Assembly: GCA_963730935.1 (NCBI GenBank)
Contig: CAVSTP010000004.1
Span: 1,728,001 to 1,792,000 of the forward strand
Direction: 5' to 3'
From: an uncultured Nitrospiraceae bacterium
GTDB taxonomy: Bacteria > Nitrospirota > Nitrospiria > Nitrospirales > Nitrospiraceae
DNA: 64,000 nt
Both the position numbers and the translations under genes were made by a program. The notes beneath the pieces were generated by a model. That model had not been told where the DNA came from. It saw nothing but the letters and a program-made list of their open reading frames with translations, and searched no databases. Numbering within the stretch: the stretch's first letter is position 1; every line of letters starts with the position of its first letter. Of this stretch, positions 21,415 through 32,491 are shown piece after piece.

Positions 21415-21597
21415 TCACGCGGCAGTCATGGGTCTCGGCACCTTTTCTGGATACCACCGCCTGCCGCAGTTAAAGCACACGTATTGAAGAATTACCACGC
21501 CCGTTTGCAGGTCGACCGCCGTCTCGGCTCGCAAACTACCTTGGCACCTGTGGCAGCGCTGTACGTTGGTTGTCCGCTCTGAAGCCATAGAGTTCAC
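21415..21597 (-). CDS. Small zinc-ribbon hypothetical protein
   Basis: CHRC...CFNCG pattern in 60 aa. Confidence 0.55.
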   Translation of the reverse strand: MNSMASERTTNVQRCHRCQGSLRAETAVDLQTGVVILQYVCFNCGRRWYPEKVPRPMTAA

Positions 21598-21796
21598 TCT
21601 CTCATGAAGCCGTCCTTCATGCTGCCAGGAAAAGTTCCTGAGTCCATCGTCCTCTTCCCTGGTCTCTGTACCGATTGGGTCTCAGAGCTTATAGTTGGAA
21701 ATCAGAGATTGATCCACAAGGGTCTCCCCTAGTCGACTTAGGTTCTTCTCCCCATATGCTGGTATGGGGTTGCGTCCAAGCGGTTGGGAGACAGAG

Positions 21797-22303
21797 ATGC
21801 TCGAACGCCTACTTGGTGCTTTTCCAGAGGTCATTCAATTGCTGCGTGATGATCACAAGCTGGTACGGTCATTGTTCGCACAGTACGCCAAGGCAAGCAA
21901 CGGGGGAAAGCCTCAGATCGCGCACCGCATTATCCGCGAACTCACAATTCATGCGGCTATCGAAGAGCGCGTCGTCTACCCAGCCTTTCGAGCAGTCTTT
22001 CAGGATCCCCACATGATCTACAAGGCCGTCGAGGAGCATCAGCTTGTGCACGCCTTGCTCGACAAATTGAGTAAATTCCGCCCCGGCCCCGGTTCGGCCA
22101 CGTTCGATGCAAGGTTCAAGGTGCTCAGAGACCTGGTCAAACATCATGTCGACGAAGAAGAGAGCCGGGTCTTTCCGAAAGCCGAGGCTCATAAGCTCGA
22201 TTGGAAGGGTCTGTTCGATAAGGCGCAAAAGCTCAAACGGCAGCCGCCGGAAAATCGGCAGAAAAAAAGCCGGCCGAAATCGCCTCATCCTCGAGCTGCG
22301 TAG
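21797..22303 (+). CDS. Hemerythrin (HHE) domain protein
   Basis: LRDDH, HAAIEERVVYP, EEH, HHVDEEE; GGGAG RBS. Confidence 0.88.
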   Translation: MLERLLGAFPEVIQLLRDDHKLVRSLFAQYAKASNGGKPQIAHRIIRELTIHAAIEERVVYPAFRAVFQDPHMIYKAVEEHQLVHALLDKLSKFRPGPGSATFDARFKVLRDLVKHHVDEEESRVFPKAEAHKLDWKGLFDKAQKLKRQPPENRQKKSRPKSPHPRAA

Positions 22304-22343
22304 CCACGTAATCACTGATTCGAACACACACAAGAGGTCTGAT

Positions 22344-22508
22344 ATGAAACGATGTGCGGTGCCGTTATGTACTTGCCAGATCTCCGAAGGGAAAGAATTC
22401 TGCAGCGACGAATGCCGCAATAGTCTGCCGTCGGGCCTCTGTCATTGCCCCCACAAGGAATGCCGCGGCCATACGTCGAAATTGTCAGGTGAGTCGCAGC
22501 AGCGGTAA
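22344..22508 (+). CDS. Small Cys/His-rich metallothionein-like protein (54 aa)
   Basis: MKRCAVPLCTCQISEGKEFCSDECRNSLPSGLCHCPHKECRGH...; AAGAGG RBS; CxC, FCSxxC, CxCxHxxC pattern. Confidence 0.65.
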   Translation: MKRCAVPLCTCQISEGKEFCSDECRNSLPSGLCHCPHKECRGHTSKLSGESQQR

Positions 22509-22678
22509 CCGGAGAGACCACCGCTAGTGATCGCCAGTCGCATCGTGCGTGGACCGAGTCTCGGCTCGCGCGCAGCAAATGCGCGCTTCGCTGTCGACGG
22601 AGTTCGACAAGCAGCAGGTGGAGATTGTCTGACACACGAAACTAGCGGACGCGATCGGAAGGAGGCTTGAAACAGGGG

Positions 22679-23407
22679 CTATGCGCGCGGCTTCGAGCAA
22701 TCGGAAGCGTGCCTCGCCTTACACAACTGGTATCTGCCGTTTTCGGCCCAGAATCGTAACGATTCATAGACGTCAGCCCACGAGTTGAATGATTCTGCAC
22801 TGAGTTTCTTTCCGCCGACTCGCCGGTCGACACCCGCTCTCAGCACCTCTCCGGTTTGTGAGTCGGTCACTTTCGCCTCGATCACCGCTTCTCCTTTGAA
22901 TGCCGGTTTTCCCGTTGCGACATTCTTGAGCATCGACCCCACGGCGAGGGCATTCATGGGCGCCGGAATGGTCGACACTACGTCCAACATTGGCCACGAC
23001 TCTTCGAGATGAGTAATCGCGACCTGCGCCCGCAAGGTATCGGGACCGGGCTTGTCCACCATTTCATAGTCCTTGGAGACTTCCTGATAGATCAGCGCAT
23101 AAAACGTGTCGGCCATGAGCTGTGCCTGATGCTGGGAGATGCCTTCCATTTTAGAGTGCGGACCTCGGAAGATCAGGACCGGATCGAGCATGAATTTCTT
23201 GTAGGTATTGGGCGGAATCTGGGCTACACGAGGATTTTTATAGATGAGCAGCGACTCTCCGGCATGCTCATCGCCCTCGATCATCTGAGGATACAGATCC
23301 TTCAGAAATCCCAGCCGTTCCACGGTCCTGGCCTGCTTCGTGGCGGCGCACGCCGGACCGACCAGAATTCCCGCGATGAGCAGGACGCTCAGCAGCCGTA
23401 TGTTCAT
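22679..23407 (-). CDS. DUF3313-family exported protein/lipoprotein
   Basis: Signal peptide, 'GFLKDLY', 'PGPDTLR', 'EAKVTDSQTGEVL..VDRR'. Confidence 0.75.
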   Translation of the reverse strand: MNIRLLSVLLIAGILVGPACAATKQARTVERLGFLKDLYPQMIEGDEHAGESLLIYKNPRVAQIPPNTYKKFMLDPVLIFRGPHSKMEGISQHQAQLMADTFYALIYQEVSKDYEMVDKPGPDTLRAQVAITHLEESWPMLDVVSTIPAPMNALAVGSMLKNVATGKPAFKGEAVIEAKVTDSQTGEVLRAGVDRRVGGKKLSAESFNSWADVYESLRFWAENGRYQLCKARHASDCSKPRA

Positions 23408-23472
23408 GTGATCACTCAGATCTCCATCAGCCGTGAAGCGCGAAGAGCCGTAAACGGTATTCTGGATCTCAG

Positions 23473-23901
23473 CTAGGCGAACGCTTTGGCTCTAACCACA
23501 GCGAGAGCTTGTTGAACGGTATGCTCCAGCTCTTGTACCGTCGTACTCTGCTTGAGCAGGCAAGCCTGAGCCCCATTGTGCTTGGCCATATCAAACAAAT
23601 TCGGATGCGGCAGGTGCGTGAGGACAATCACGGCCACTTGCGGGCGCTGCCGGTCAGGCACCAGTTCGAGCAGGACGTGGAACCCTGATTCGGGCATATC
23701 GAGGTCGAGCACAACGCAATCGACAGTGCGGGCACGGCAGAGCTCGAGTCCGGCGGCGGCGCTGGATGATTCCAACACCGTGTAATTCTCAGAGGACCGT
23801 CGCAGCAAATCAGACCAATACTTGAGGTCTTCTGCGTTGTCGTCGATGACCAGAACGGTTGCGGGCACCGTCGCCTGTGCAAATGAAACCGCACTGGCCA
23901 T
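23473..23901 (-). CDS. Single-domain response regulator (REC)
   Basis: VLVIDD, VLDLDMP, LT, K; start uncertain. Confidence 0.82.
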   Translation of the reverse strand: MASAVSFAQATVPATVLVIDDNAEDLKYWSDLLRRSSENYTVLESSSAAAGLELCRARTVDCVVLDLDMPESGFHVLLELVPDRQRPQVAVIVLTHLPHPNLFDMAKHNGAQACLLKQSTTVQELEHTVQQALAVVRAKAFA

Positions 23902-24296
23902 ACACCTTACGCCTTTTCTCATATGCCGGGCCTGTGCGGAGGCCGTCGGCACATGGTAATGGAGTGAACGGGAGGGCATGCTGTCCGATCTCGAGAAAAT
24001 TGTCAAGCAGCGACTCAACACACGGGCAACTCGCGTTTCCCTCTACTCTGTGTCCTACGCCAGCAGCCGGGCAGGCCACCTGATGGGTGTTTCCAGAGCA
24101 ACAATCGCTGAACCTTGCAACCCGAGCATACCTCTGTTATGGGATCGATCCTCGCCGAACTCGTGTTTCGGGCCACTCAAGAAATGAGGAAGGATGGATT
24201 ACCGACGAGCGAGAAAGGCATTCTGACCGTCGTCAACCCGCTGTATGTGTTTCAGAACGGGTAGCGGCAGGCCGGTGTACTTCAAGGGTAATAAAA

Positions 24297-24674
24297 CTAG
24301 GCAGCAGCATTCTTAATGCACTCATACAATTCGTCGACGGCCTTTTCCTTGGTTAATACCTTAACCGCTCCAGCCTTCAGCATTGCGTCAACCTGATACC
24401 CCTGTCCGGTGACTGAGAGGCCAAGAACGGTCACCTGGGAATGCTGACTCTTGAGAAGCCGCGTGGCGGCCACGCCATCCATTCTCGGCATGCTGATGTC
24501 CATAACGACGACGGCCGGCTGCGCGGCGGACACCTTTGACACTGCCTCTGCACCGTCGCTTGCCTCATCGACCACTTCGATATCGGGATAGGATTGAAGA
24601 AGCGTCCGTAATCCCTGCCGAAACATGGTGTGGTCGTCCACGAGAAACACTCGAATGCGCTGTGCGGTGACCAT
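24297..24674 (-). CDS. Single-domain response regulator (REC, NarL-like)
   Basis: VDDHTMFRQG, MDISMP; paralog of 19122-19553. Confidence 0.88.
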   Translation of the reverse strand: MVTAQRIRVFLVDDHTMFRQGLRTLLQSYPDIEVVDEASDGAEAVSKVSAAQPAVVVMDISMPRMDGVAATRLLKSQHSQVTVLGLSVTGQGYQVDAMLKAGAVKVLTKEKAVDELYECIKNAAA

Positions 24675-24734
24675 GATGATCCCTCAAGCGGCTGGACAAG
24701 TATGGGTCTGGTGTTCGAGATCGGAAGGACTAGA

Positions 24735-24917
24735 TCAGAACCGAACGGTTACCTCATGCACCTGGTGCTCAGTCTCCGCCAAGGTGAGCCCACTCAACCG
24801 CCATCTCCATGCATGATCAGAAGTCTCCTCGGGGAAAGACACCTGTTCCATGATCCCTTGCTCATTCAGAGATGTGGCGTGCAATGGTCGCTGAACATAC
24901 CAGTTGGCGTTGTGCAT
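24735..24917 (-). CDS. Small hypothetical protein, possibly truncated
   Basis: Strong AGGAGGAG RBS before ATG 24917; 60 aa with no recognisable motif. Confidence 0.3.
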   Translation of the reverse strand: MHNANWYVQRPLHATSLNEQGIMEQVSFPEETSDHAWRWRLSGLTLAETEHQVHEVTVRF

Positions 24918-25444
24918 GTGACTCCTCCTCCTTGAGTAAATGCGAGGGCAAATTACTGGAGAAGCCGTAGATTTGTAGCTCGGTGATTCCCTAGCCAGTA
25001 CTCTTATGAGCGTTTCTAGAAAGTTTTCTAGAAGCAGAACATCAGTCCGATTGGTCCGACACGAACCGTTCGTTAGTCCCCTCCCCTCCCAATAGTTCAC
25101 CCACAGTTTTACGACAGTCGAACCCCAAGGCGGACCAAAAACCGGAGGGAAGATGCTTTGGCACCAACTCGATTTTCCGCAGGGATACGCGTATCCTTTC
25201 GTTAGGTCAATCATGAAGTAATTCTTGCCCGTCACCAAGTGCGACGGGCCTAGGTGCCGTCTAAGATCGAAGCACGAGTCCCTCCGTCAGAGAGTGGAAC
25301 AATTGGCTTGAAGCCAAGGATATACCTAAACCGCGATATGATTTCTGCGATAGCGTTGAAATCACTGCGATGGATGAGACTCAGTCTTCTTGTGCGTGAG
25401 AAGATTTTTTGCTAGGACGACATCCCCGGTCACGAGGGCCTTAC

Positions 25445-26869
25445 ATGAAATTCTCGCACTACGACCCGGGCGAGTTCTACGACGAGCTGTATGAGGGGAT
25501 CGGTCAGCCACGACCCGGCAGCACCCTCTTGCTGAGAAAGTTTGCCTCACTACCGGAAGGGGAACTCAAAAAGCGCCAGCAAGCGGCTGAGCGCGTCATC
25601 CTCAACATGGGGATGACGTTCGGCGTCTATGGCAGTGGCGACGGGCATGAGCAGATCTTTCCTTTCGACATCGTGCCTAGGATTATCGAACCGGCGGATT
25701 GGGAGACCATCGAATCGGGGCTTCGCCAGCGCCTGCGCGCGTTGAATCTATTTATTGACGATGTGTACCACGAGCAAAAGATCCTCAAGGACGGAGTCAT
25801 CCCCAGCGAACTCATTTATTCCAGTAGAGGATTTCTAAAGGCCTGCTGGGGACTCAAACCTCCGCGTGGCATATGGTGCCACATCGCAGGCATCGATCTG
25901 GTCCGCATCGGCGACGGCCAGTATTATGTCCTTGAAGACAACATGCGGTGCCCGTCTGGCGTCGCCTATGTGTTAGAAGCCCGGCAGGTCATGAAGCGGA
26001 CGTTTCCGGAGCTCTTCGACGCATATCGCGTGCGGCCAGTCGATGGCTATCCAAGCCAACTTCTGGAAACACTCCGGTATCTTTCGGACCTCCCCGATCC
26101 AACCGTTGTGATTCTCACCCCGGGAATCTTCAACTCGGCCTATTACGAACATTCCTTGCTCGCGCAAAAGATGGGAGTGGAGCTCGTGGAAGCCAATGAC
26201 CTTGTGGTGATGGATGGTTACGTCCATATGCGAACCACCAAGGGATCTCAGCGCGTAGACGTCATCTACCGGCGAATCAACGACGACTACTTAGACCCGC
26301 TCGCGTTTCGCTCCGATTCTGTGCTCGGGATCCCTGGTCTGATGGAATCGTACCGAAATGGCAGAGTGGCGCTCGCCAATGCACCCGGCACAGGGGTTTC
26401 GGACGACAAGGCAATCTATGCCTATGTTCCAAAGATCATCAATTACTATTTGGCGGAGGAACCGATACTCCAGAATGTACGCACTTACATCTGTTCAGAC
26501 AGACGGGACCGGGCCTATGTATTGGAACATTTGGACCAACTGGTGGTGAAGGCCACCAACGAAGCTGGCGGGTATGGGATGATGATCGGCCCGCAGGCTT
26601 CAAAGCAAGAGCGAGCGGACTGTGCCGGGCGCATTGAGGCCGACCCACGCAACTATATCGCCCAACCCGCCCTTGCGCTCTCGCGAGTGCCCACTCTTGT
26701 GGAAGATCATTTGGAAGGGCGTCATGTCGACCTACGCCCGTACGTCCTGTATGGGCGCGATGTGTACGTTTTACCGGGAGGCATGACACGCGTGGCGTTG
26801 AGGAAAGGCTCCCTGGTGGTGAATTCATCCCAAGGCGGGGGAAACAAAGATACGTGGGTCCTCTCATGA
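25445..26869 (+). CDS. Circularly permuted type 2 ATP-grasp protein
   Basis: [50 protein letters not shown]. Confidence 0.93.
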   Translation: MKFSHYDPGEFYDELYEGIGQPRPGSTLLLRKFASLPEGELKKRQQAAERVILNMGMTFGVYGSGDGHEQIFPFDIVPRIIEPADWETIESGLRQRLRALNLFIDDVYHEQKILKDGVIPSELIYSSRGFLKACWGLKPPRGIWCHIAGIDLVRIGDGQYYVLEDNMRCPSGVAYVLEARQVMKRTFPELFDAYRVRPVDGYPSQLLETLRYLSDLPDPTVVILTPGIFNSAYYEHSLLAQKMGVELVEANDLVVMDGYVHMRTTKGSQRVDVIYRRINDDYLDPLAFRSDSVLGIPGLMESYRNGRVALANAPGTGVSDDKAIYAYVPKIINYYLAEEPILQNVRTYICSDRRDRAYVLEHLDQLVVKATNEAGGYGMMIGPQASKQERADCAGRIEADPRNYIAQPALALSRVPTLVEDHLEGRHVDLRPYVLYGRDVYVLPGGMTRVALRKGSLVVNSSQGGGNKDTWVLS

Positions 26870-26942
26870 GCGCCTCTTCCACCGCAAAATTGCATACGGG
26901 CACCGAACTCAGGCTGGCTGAGCAAGCAAGGCTTGGGCACCG

Positions 26943-27923
26943 ATGCTGAGTCGTGTCGCGAGTTCCATCTATTGGTTGAACCGCTATATCGAACGAGCGG
27001 AGAACTATGCCAGGTTCATCGAGGTCAATTTGAACCTCACCCTCGATCTACCCAGAGGCACGACGGAGCAATGGGAACCCTTAGTGGCAACCACCGGAGA
27101 CCATGAGAATTTCACCGTCCGGTACGGAAAGGCGACGAGGGAGGCCGTGATCCAATTCCTCTCCTCCGATGCCTCAAATCCCAATTCGATTCTATCCTGC
27201 GTCGTGGCCGCGCGGGAGAACGCCCGATCGGTCCGGGAAATCATTTCCACCGACATGTGGGAGCAGGTCAACCGCTTCAATTTAATGGTCAGGGATGCCG
27301 TGTCCAAAGGGTTATCCAGCCACAATCTCCACGCGTTTCTGTCAGATGTCAAAGCCGCGAGTCATCTCTTCCTGGGGATTACCGACGCGACCATGTCGCA
27401 TGGGGAAGGGTGGCATTTTGCGCGGCTCGGCCGTCTCCTTGAACGAGCGGACAAAACCTCCCGCATCCTCGACGTAAAATATTTCATGTTGCTCCCGACC
27501 GTGGCCGAGGTCGGTACGCCGTTCGATATTATTCAATGGTCCGCCCTCTTGAAATCCGCAAGCGCCCTCGAAATGTACTACAAACGCTTTGGCCGCATTT
27601 CGCCGGACGACGTCAGCGCTTTCTTAATTCTCGACTCCACCTTCCCGCGAGCCATCCGGTACTGCCTCATCAAGAGCGAGGATTCGCTGCACGCCATTTC
27701 CGGGTCCGAGCATGGGTCCTACCAGAACCAAGCCGAAAAAAGGCTGGGCCGTTTGCGCGCACAACTGGACTTCGGCGATCTTGAGGAATGTGTCGCTGAT
27801 GGCTTACACGAATTCCTGGATCAATTCCAAGGGCAGCTGAACGGTGTCGGGGAAGCTATCTTCGAGACCTTCTTTGCTCCGCGCCCGATTCACAGTACAA
27901 TCCCGATAGCGGAGGCACAGTGA
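26943..27923 (+). CDS. Alpha-E domain protein (DUF403)
   Basis: MLSRVASSIYWLNRYIERAEN, ARENAR, LERADKTSRILDVK. Confidence 0.93.
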   Translation: MLSRVASSIYWLNRYIERAENYARFIEVNLNLTLDLPRGTTEQWEPLVATTGDHENFTVRYGKATREAVIQFLSSDASNPNSILSCVVAARENARSVREIISTDMWEQVNRFNLMVRDAVSKGLSSHNLHAFLSDVKAASHLFLGITDATMSHGEGWHFARLGRLLERADKTSRILDVKYFMLLPTVAEVGTPFDIIQWSALLKSASALEMYYKRFGRISPDDVSAFLILDSTFPRAIRYCLIKSEDSLHAISGSEHGSYQNQAEKRLGRLRAQLDFGDLEECVADGLHEFLDQFQGQLNGVGEAIFETFFAPRPIHSTIPIAEAQ

Positions 27924-28669
27924 CATTTTGCTTGGGCATGAAAGTCGAGGATGGCTTGATCGGCATTGCCGATACCCGCGTCACATCCGGCGTGGAGTGT
28001 ATCACCGCACGGAAGGTCTCTATCCATCAGCATGGACGGCACTCGATGTTTCTCATGACGTCGGGACTGCGCTCCGTTCGAGACAAAGCTGTCACCTATT
28101 TCGATGAAGCCATCAGCGAAGGCGATCAGACGTTCGACAAGCTGTTCAAAGCGGTCAACGTGTTCGCTGCGCAGATCCGTCGGGTGGCACAAGAGGACAA
28201 AGAAGCGCTCGGCAAAGCAGGATTGACCTTTGATCTCCACGCCCTGGTTGGAGGACAGCTAGAAAATGACCAGGAGCACAAACTGTATCTCATTTATCCG
28301 CAAGGGAATTGGGTCGAGGTGAGTGAAGGTACGCCCTATTGCATCATCGGCGAGACAGGCTATGGGAAACCCCTCCTCGATCGTGTGTTACGGTACCATT
28401 CCAGCATGGACCTCGCCATGAAGGTGGGCTTCCTCGCCTTTGACGCCACTCGGACCAGTTCGACCAGTGTTGAATATCCCATCGATGTCGTGCTCTATCG
28501 GCATGATACCTTCGATATCGTCGAGCATCGGTTAGAGAAAGAGGACCTCGCCGAGATCTCGTCTTGGTGGCAATCAAGAATTTACGACTCCGTCGAAAAA
28601 CTGCCGTCGCAGTGGGCCGATCGCCTCCTAGAGTCCCTGCCGAAGAAAACGAGATCTTCCATTCAATGA
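27920..28669 (+). CDS. Anbu proteasome-type Ntn peptidase
   Basis: N-terminal (M)TFC nucleophile, DTR, LYLIYPQGNW, IGETGYGKP; GTGA overlap with the alpha-E gene. Confidence 0.9.
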   Translation: MTFCLGMKVEDGLIGIADTRVTSGVECITARKVSIHQHGRHSMFLMTSGLRSVRDKAVTYFDEAISEGDQTFDKLFKAVNVFAAQIRRVAQEDKEALGKAGLTFDLHALVGGQLENDQEHKLYLIYPQGNWVEVSEGTPYCIIGETGYGKPLLDRVLRYHSSMDLAMKVGFLAFDATRTSSTSVEYPIDVVLYRHDTFDIVEHRLEKEDLAEISSWWQSRIYDSVEKLPSQWADRLLESLPKKTRSSIQ

Positions 28670-28993
28670 CTCTGGCCATCCAACGTCGTGAACCACCTGC
28701 GCCAGGTTGAACGCCGCAGTTGGACACATGCACTACCCCACTTAATTTGCGGACAGATCGTTTTTCGTTTGTGACCATCCTTTTTGTAAAGACCTCAGTT
28801 TCTTCTGAGGCTCTACTTCCGATGAGATTCTGGTATTACTCGCCTACTAATATGTGACGAGGTTCAAGGCTATCAAACGAGGAGGTCGCTCTGATACGCC
28901 TGGGCGGGATTGCTAAGCTACGAAGCGCCGAGTATCGCTTGAACACCCATGGCTCGTGAGGCATCCCCTTTAAAGGCTTTGCGAACGCCGCCT

Positions 28994-29113
28994 GACCTGC
29001 GGTTTACAAAATTTAGAAAATACAACCTCAGACAACCTAAACCCGACGAGACTGACTGTGAAGCGGGCGCAGATGGGGCTGGTTTGTCCTGTATGGTAGC
29101 AGCATAGTAGCAG
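28994..29113 (+). repeat. Dispersed att-like repeat, copy A
   Basis: GACCTGCGGTTTAC..CAACCTCAGACAACCTAA..TGTCCTGT..GGTAGCAGCATAGTAGCAG, similar to copies at 33085, 50236, 51494, 58206. Confidence 0.85.
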
Positions 29114-29371
29114 AGGGCACCTTATCCCAGAGCGAGAGAAACTACTGTCCGGAGTCCTAGGGCTAATGTTGCGCTCACGCCACCGCGCCGGCATTCATTC
29201 TCGCTGATAGTCATTCGAATACCTACGAAGACACACTAAGGTTTTTGCCTTGGGTGTTACTAGGTGAACGCCTAGTCTCTTATGCCGAACAGTTTATATA
29301 TATACTCTGTGGCGAGATGAACCCGTATTGTAGTGAGTGATATGAGGCCATTTTCACCGTAGGAGCTAGAA

Positions 29372-30931
29372 ATGACGCGATTGTCCAGAAGGCCACTGGC
29401 CTCAACACTACCCCTATTGCTGTTGGCAGGCCTGTTCCTTAACGCGTGTAGCAGTGGTGGAGGCGATGGAAGCGCAGGCACTCCGCCGGGAAGCCCTCCG
29501 CCGTCTGGACCCACACCCCCACCGCCCGTCGCCGGACTCGTTCAGCAAGGCTATCTTAAAGCGTCAAATACCGGCGCTAACGATAATCTTGGATTTAATG
29601 TCGTGCTTTCCGGTGACACGCTGGTCGTGGGAGCCCCGCAGGAAGGAAGTAGTGCGACTGGGGTGAATGGCGATCAAGCGAACAATAACGCGCAAAACAG
29701 CGGCGCCGTCTATGTCTTCACGCGGACCGGCGGCGTCTGGACCCAGCAGGCCTATCTCAAGGCCTCGAATACCGACGCTAATGACCAGTTCGGGGTAGGC
29801 GTTGCGATCTCAGGCGACACGCTTGCGGTTGGAGCGCAGTTTGAGGCCAGCAATGCGACGGGCATCAATGGCGATCAGACCAACAATAGTGCGCCCCAGG
29901 CCGGAGCCGTCTATGTGTTCACGCGGACCGCAGGGGTCTGGTCTCAGCAGGCCTACCTCAAAGGTCATAATACTGAAGCGGGCGACCAGTTCGGCGTCAG
30001 CGTGGCCGTAGAAGGCGACACGTTAGCCGTCGGAGCGATCGCCGAGGCCAGCAATGCAACGGGCGTCAATCATGATGGGAGTAACAATAACGCGCCAGGC
30101 AGCGGCGCCGTCTATGTGTTCACGCGGACCGCAGGGGTCTGGTCTCAGCAAGCCTATGTCAAAGCCTCAAACGCCGGAGGCCTATTCGGGAATAGTGTTG
30201 CTCTTGCCGGCGACACGCTCGCGGTGGGCGCGCAGTTTGAGGCCAGTAATGCGACGGGCGTGAATGGCAATCAGACCGACACAAGCGCGCCGCTCGCCGG
30301 AGCGGTGTATGTGTTCACGCGGACCGGAGGGAACTGGACTCAGCAGGCCTATGTCAAGGCCTCGAATACCGATGCCGAGGATAGATTCGGAGAAGATGTC
30401 GCTCTAGACGGTGACACCCTTGTGGTCGGAGCGCGGTTTGAAGCCAGTGCTGCAAGCGGGGTCAATGCCGATCAGACCGACAATAGTGCGACCAACGCCG
30501 GAGCCGCCTATGTCTTTACACGGACGGCGGGGGTCTGGTCTCAACAAGCTTATCTCAAAGCCTCCAACGCTGGCACTGGTAAGAATTTCGCCGGAACCAT
30601 TACCATTGCGGGAAATATCGTGGCTGTTGGTTCACGGCTCGAAGATAGCAATGCGACCGGGATCAATGGCAATCAGGGGAACAATGGCGCATCGGATAGC
30701 GGCGCGGTCTATGTGTTCAAGCGTACCGCCGGGGTTTGGGAGCAGACAGACTATTTAAAAGCCTCCAACACGAACGCGGGGGACCAGTTTGGGGATGCTG
30801 TCGCTATCTCTGGCAATACGCTAGCCATTGGAGCATGGTTTGAAGGAAGCAGTGCGACCGGCGTGAACGGCAATCAAGCCGATAACAACGCCCCAAACAG
30901 CGGGGCCGTCTATGTATTCGACGGTCTGTAA
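29372..30931 (+). CDS. FG-GAP (integrin-alpha-like) repeat beta-propeller lipoprotein
   Basis: Lipobox LNAC, Pro-rich linker, about seven ~62 aa repeats 'YLKASNT..D.FG..VA..GDTLAVGA..E..GAVYVF'. Confidence 0.88.
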   Translation: MTRLSRRPLASTLPLLLLAGLFLNACSSGGGDGSAGTPPGSPPPSGPTPPPPVAGLVQQGYLKASNTGANDNLGFNVVLSGDTLVVGAPQEGSSATGVNGDQANNNAQNSGAVYVFTRTGGVWTQQAYLKASNTDANDQFGVGVAISGDTLAVGAQFEASNATGINGDQTNNSAPQAGAVYVFTRTAGVWSQQAYLKGHNTEAGDQFGVSVAVEGDTLAVGAIAEASNATGVNHDGSNNNAPGSGAVYVFTRTAGVWSQQAYVKASNAGGLFGNSVALAGDTLAVGAQFEASNATGVNGNQTDTSAPLAGAVYVFTRTGGNWTQQAYVKASNTDAEDRFGEDVALDGDTLVVGARFEASAASGVNADQTDNSATNAGAAYVFTRTAGVWSQQAYLKASNAGTGKNFAGTITIAGNIVAVGSRLEDSNATGINGNQGNNGASDSGAVYVFKRTAGVWEQTDYLKASNTNAGDQFGDAVAISGNTLAIGAWFEGSSATGVNGNQADNNAPNSGAVYVFDGL

Positions 30932-31574
30932 GGGCATCAACGGATGACTTCATTCTTGGGATGGGGGACCGTGCTCGTCTAGCGCATGGCCGGCCACTGA
31001 TGATTTGATAAATAATCAGAGTTTAGTCAACCATGCACCGAGGTTCGGGAAGGGGCAATCCAGCGGTAATGTCGCAGGCATACTGCCCTGATACCTAACA
31101 TGTCACCAAAGGCCGAAAAGAGAGGGCCATGACCTGCGTTTATTAGTTCGCTGCCATTTCACAAACTCCTAACAGAGGGCGCAGTTAGAAAGTCCTTCCA
31201 CCATACGGCTACCGGTTAAAATCGAACTTGTGTTAGCGGAAGGTGCTGGAGCCGGAGACCCCAGGGCATTGAATGGTGCTATGCAGGTAATCGCCCGAGA
31301 TACGTCTGACCTATCAAAACAAGGGTTTTCACCCATGTCAGAACTGACAGTAGGCAGGACTCTTGCCCGATGGTAGAAGTCTCTCAAAAATGGAGTTGAC
31401 CTCGAGTCAGGCTTCGCAGATCCCGCAGGCCGTCGTGGTATGTGGAGTCTACAGCCGGTCCAGATCTCGCAGGTACTCTCCGCAACATCTGGAGGCGATG
31501 GCTGAATACTTTTGAGCTTCCACCCTCCGTGGTATGCACCCTTCAATGGCAATGGCAATGGAAAGGAGGTCGTG

Positions 31575-31937
31575 ATGGGTTTCCTCGCTACAATCTTTGA
31601 AAAGCTCGGTTTTGGCCCTGCCGCTGCCCAAGCAGCTCCCGAGGCCACACCGACGGCGCCTTCGAGGGCGATCACTGCAATCGATGTCGTTGCCAAGCTC
31701 GAGAACCTGGCAGGCAAGCGCGACGAAAAGCTCAATTGGAAGGTGTCGATCGTGGATCTCCTGAAGCTCCTCGGAATTGACAGTAGCCTTAATGCGAGAA
31801 AGGCACTGGCCACAGAGCTCGGATGTCCCGCCGAGAAAATGGGCGATTCGGCGCAGATGAACATGTGGCTGCACAAGACAGTGCTGAAAAAGCTAGCTGA
31901 CAATGGAGGCAACATTCCGAAGGAACTCGTGGATTAG
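31575..31937 (+). CDS. DUF3597 domain protein
   Basis: LNWKVSIVDLLKLLGIDSSL.ARKALA.ELG..DSAQMNMWLHK..NGG; AGGAGG RBS. Confidence 0.88.
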   Translation: MGFLATIFEKLGFGPAAAQAAPEATPTAPSRAITAIDVVAKLENLAGKRDEKLNWKVSIVDLLKLLGIDSSLNARKALATELGCPAEKMGDSAQMNMWLHKTVLKKLADNGGNIPKELVD

Positions 31938-32054
31938 TGGAGCCGAGAAACGAATGGGAAGTGTCTTGCTTGCCGAAGCAGCTGGCAGCGCGTTCGCGCA
32001 TGCGCGTCAGTTCTCGTGCGTAAACGCTCAATCATCTCACCGCAGAATGGAGAT

Positions 32055-32348
32055 ATGCCGATGGACATTACAAGTCTCATCATCAACCTGATCAGTGGCG
32101 TGGTCGGCGGGAACGCGGCGGGCACAGCCATGCCGGACAAGAGCCTTGGCACCTTGGGAAATTCTTTGGCCGGCTTGCTGGGAGGCGGGGTCGGAGGGGC
32201 GATCCTGCAAGCGATCGTCCCGGCTTTGGCTCAAGGGGGCGGCAGCGACATCGGGACGATCATCGGCAACATCGCTGGAGGCGGAGTCGGTGGCGGTCTG
32301 CTCATGATCCTCACCTCGATGATCAAGAAAGCCTTCGCAGCAGCGTAA
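32055..32348 (+). CDS. Small glycine-rich membrane protein
   Basis: LISGVVGGNAAG..GNSLAGLLGGG..GGGVGGG; GGAG RBS. Confidence 0.75.
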   Translation: MPMDITSLIINLISGVVGGNAAGTAMPDKSLGTLGNSLAGLLGGGVGGAILQAIVPALAQGGGSDIGTIIGNIAGGGVGGGLLMILTSMIKKAFAAA

Positions 32349-32491
32349 TCTCCTGCCGGGGCATCGTATGGATCGAAGATGCGCCCAGCGGTTCACCGCA
32401 GACCGTATCGGCGTCGAGCAATGTAGATTAAGAATATCAGCAAAGATCGTGTCAAAGGCTTATCACCTCGTACCATGAAGGAGGCTGGAAC

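Noticed and set aside
29540..30931. ~185 bp tandem DNA repeats as a possible CRISPR or non-coding array
   Set aside because: They are in-frame FG-GAP protein repeats with no repeat-spacer structure and no cas genes.
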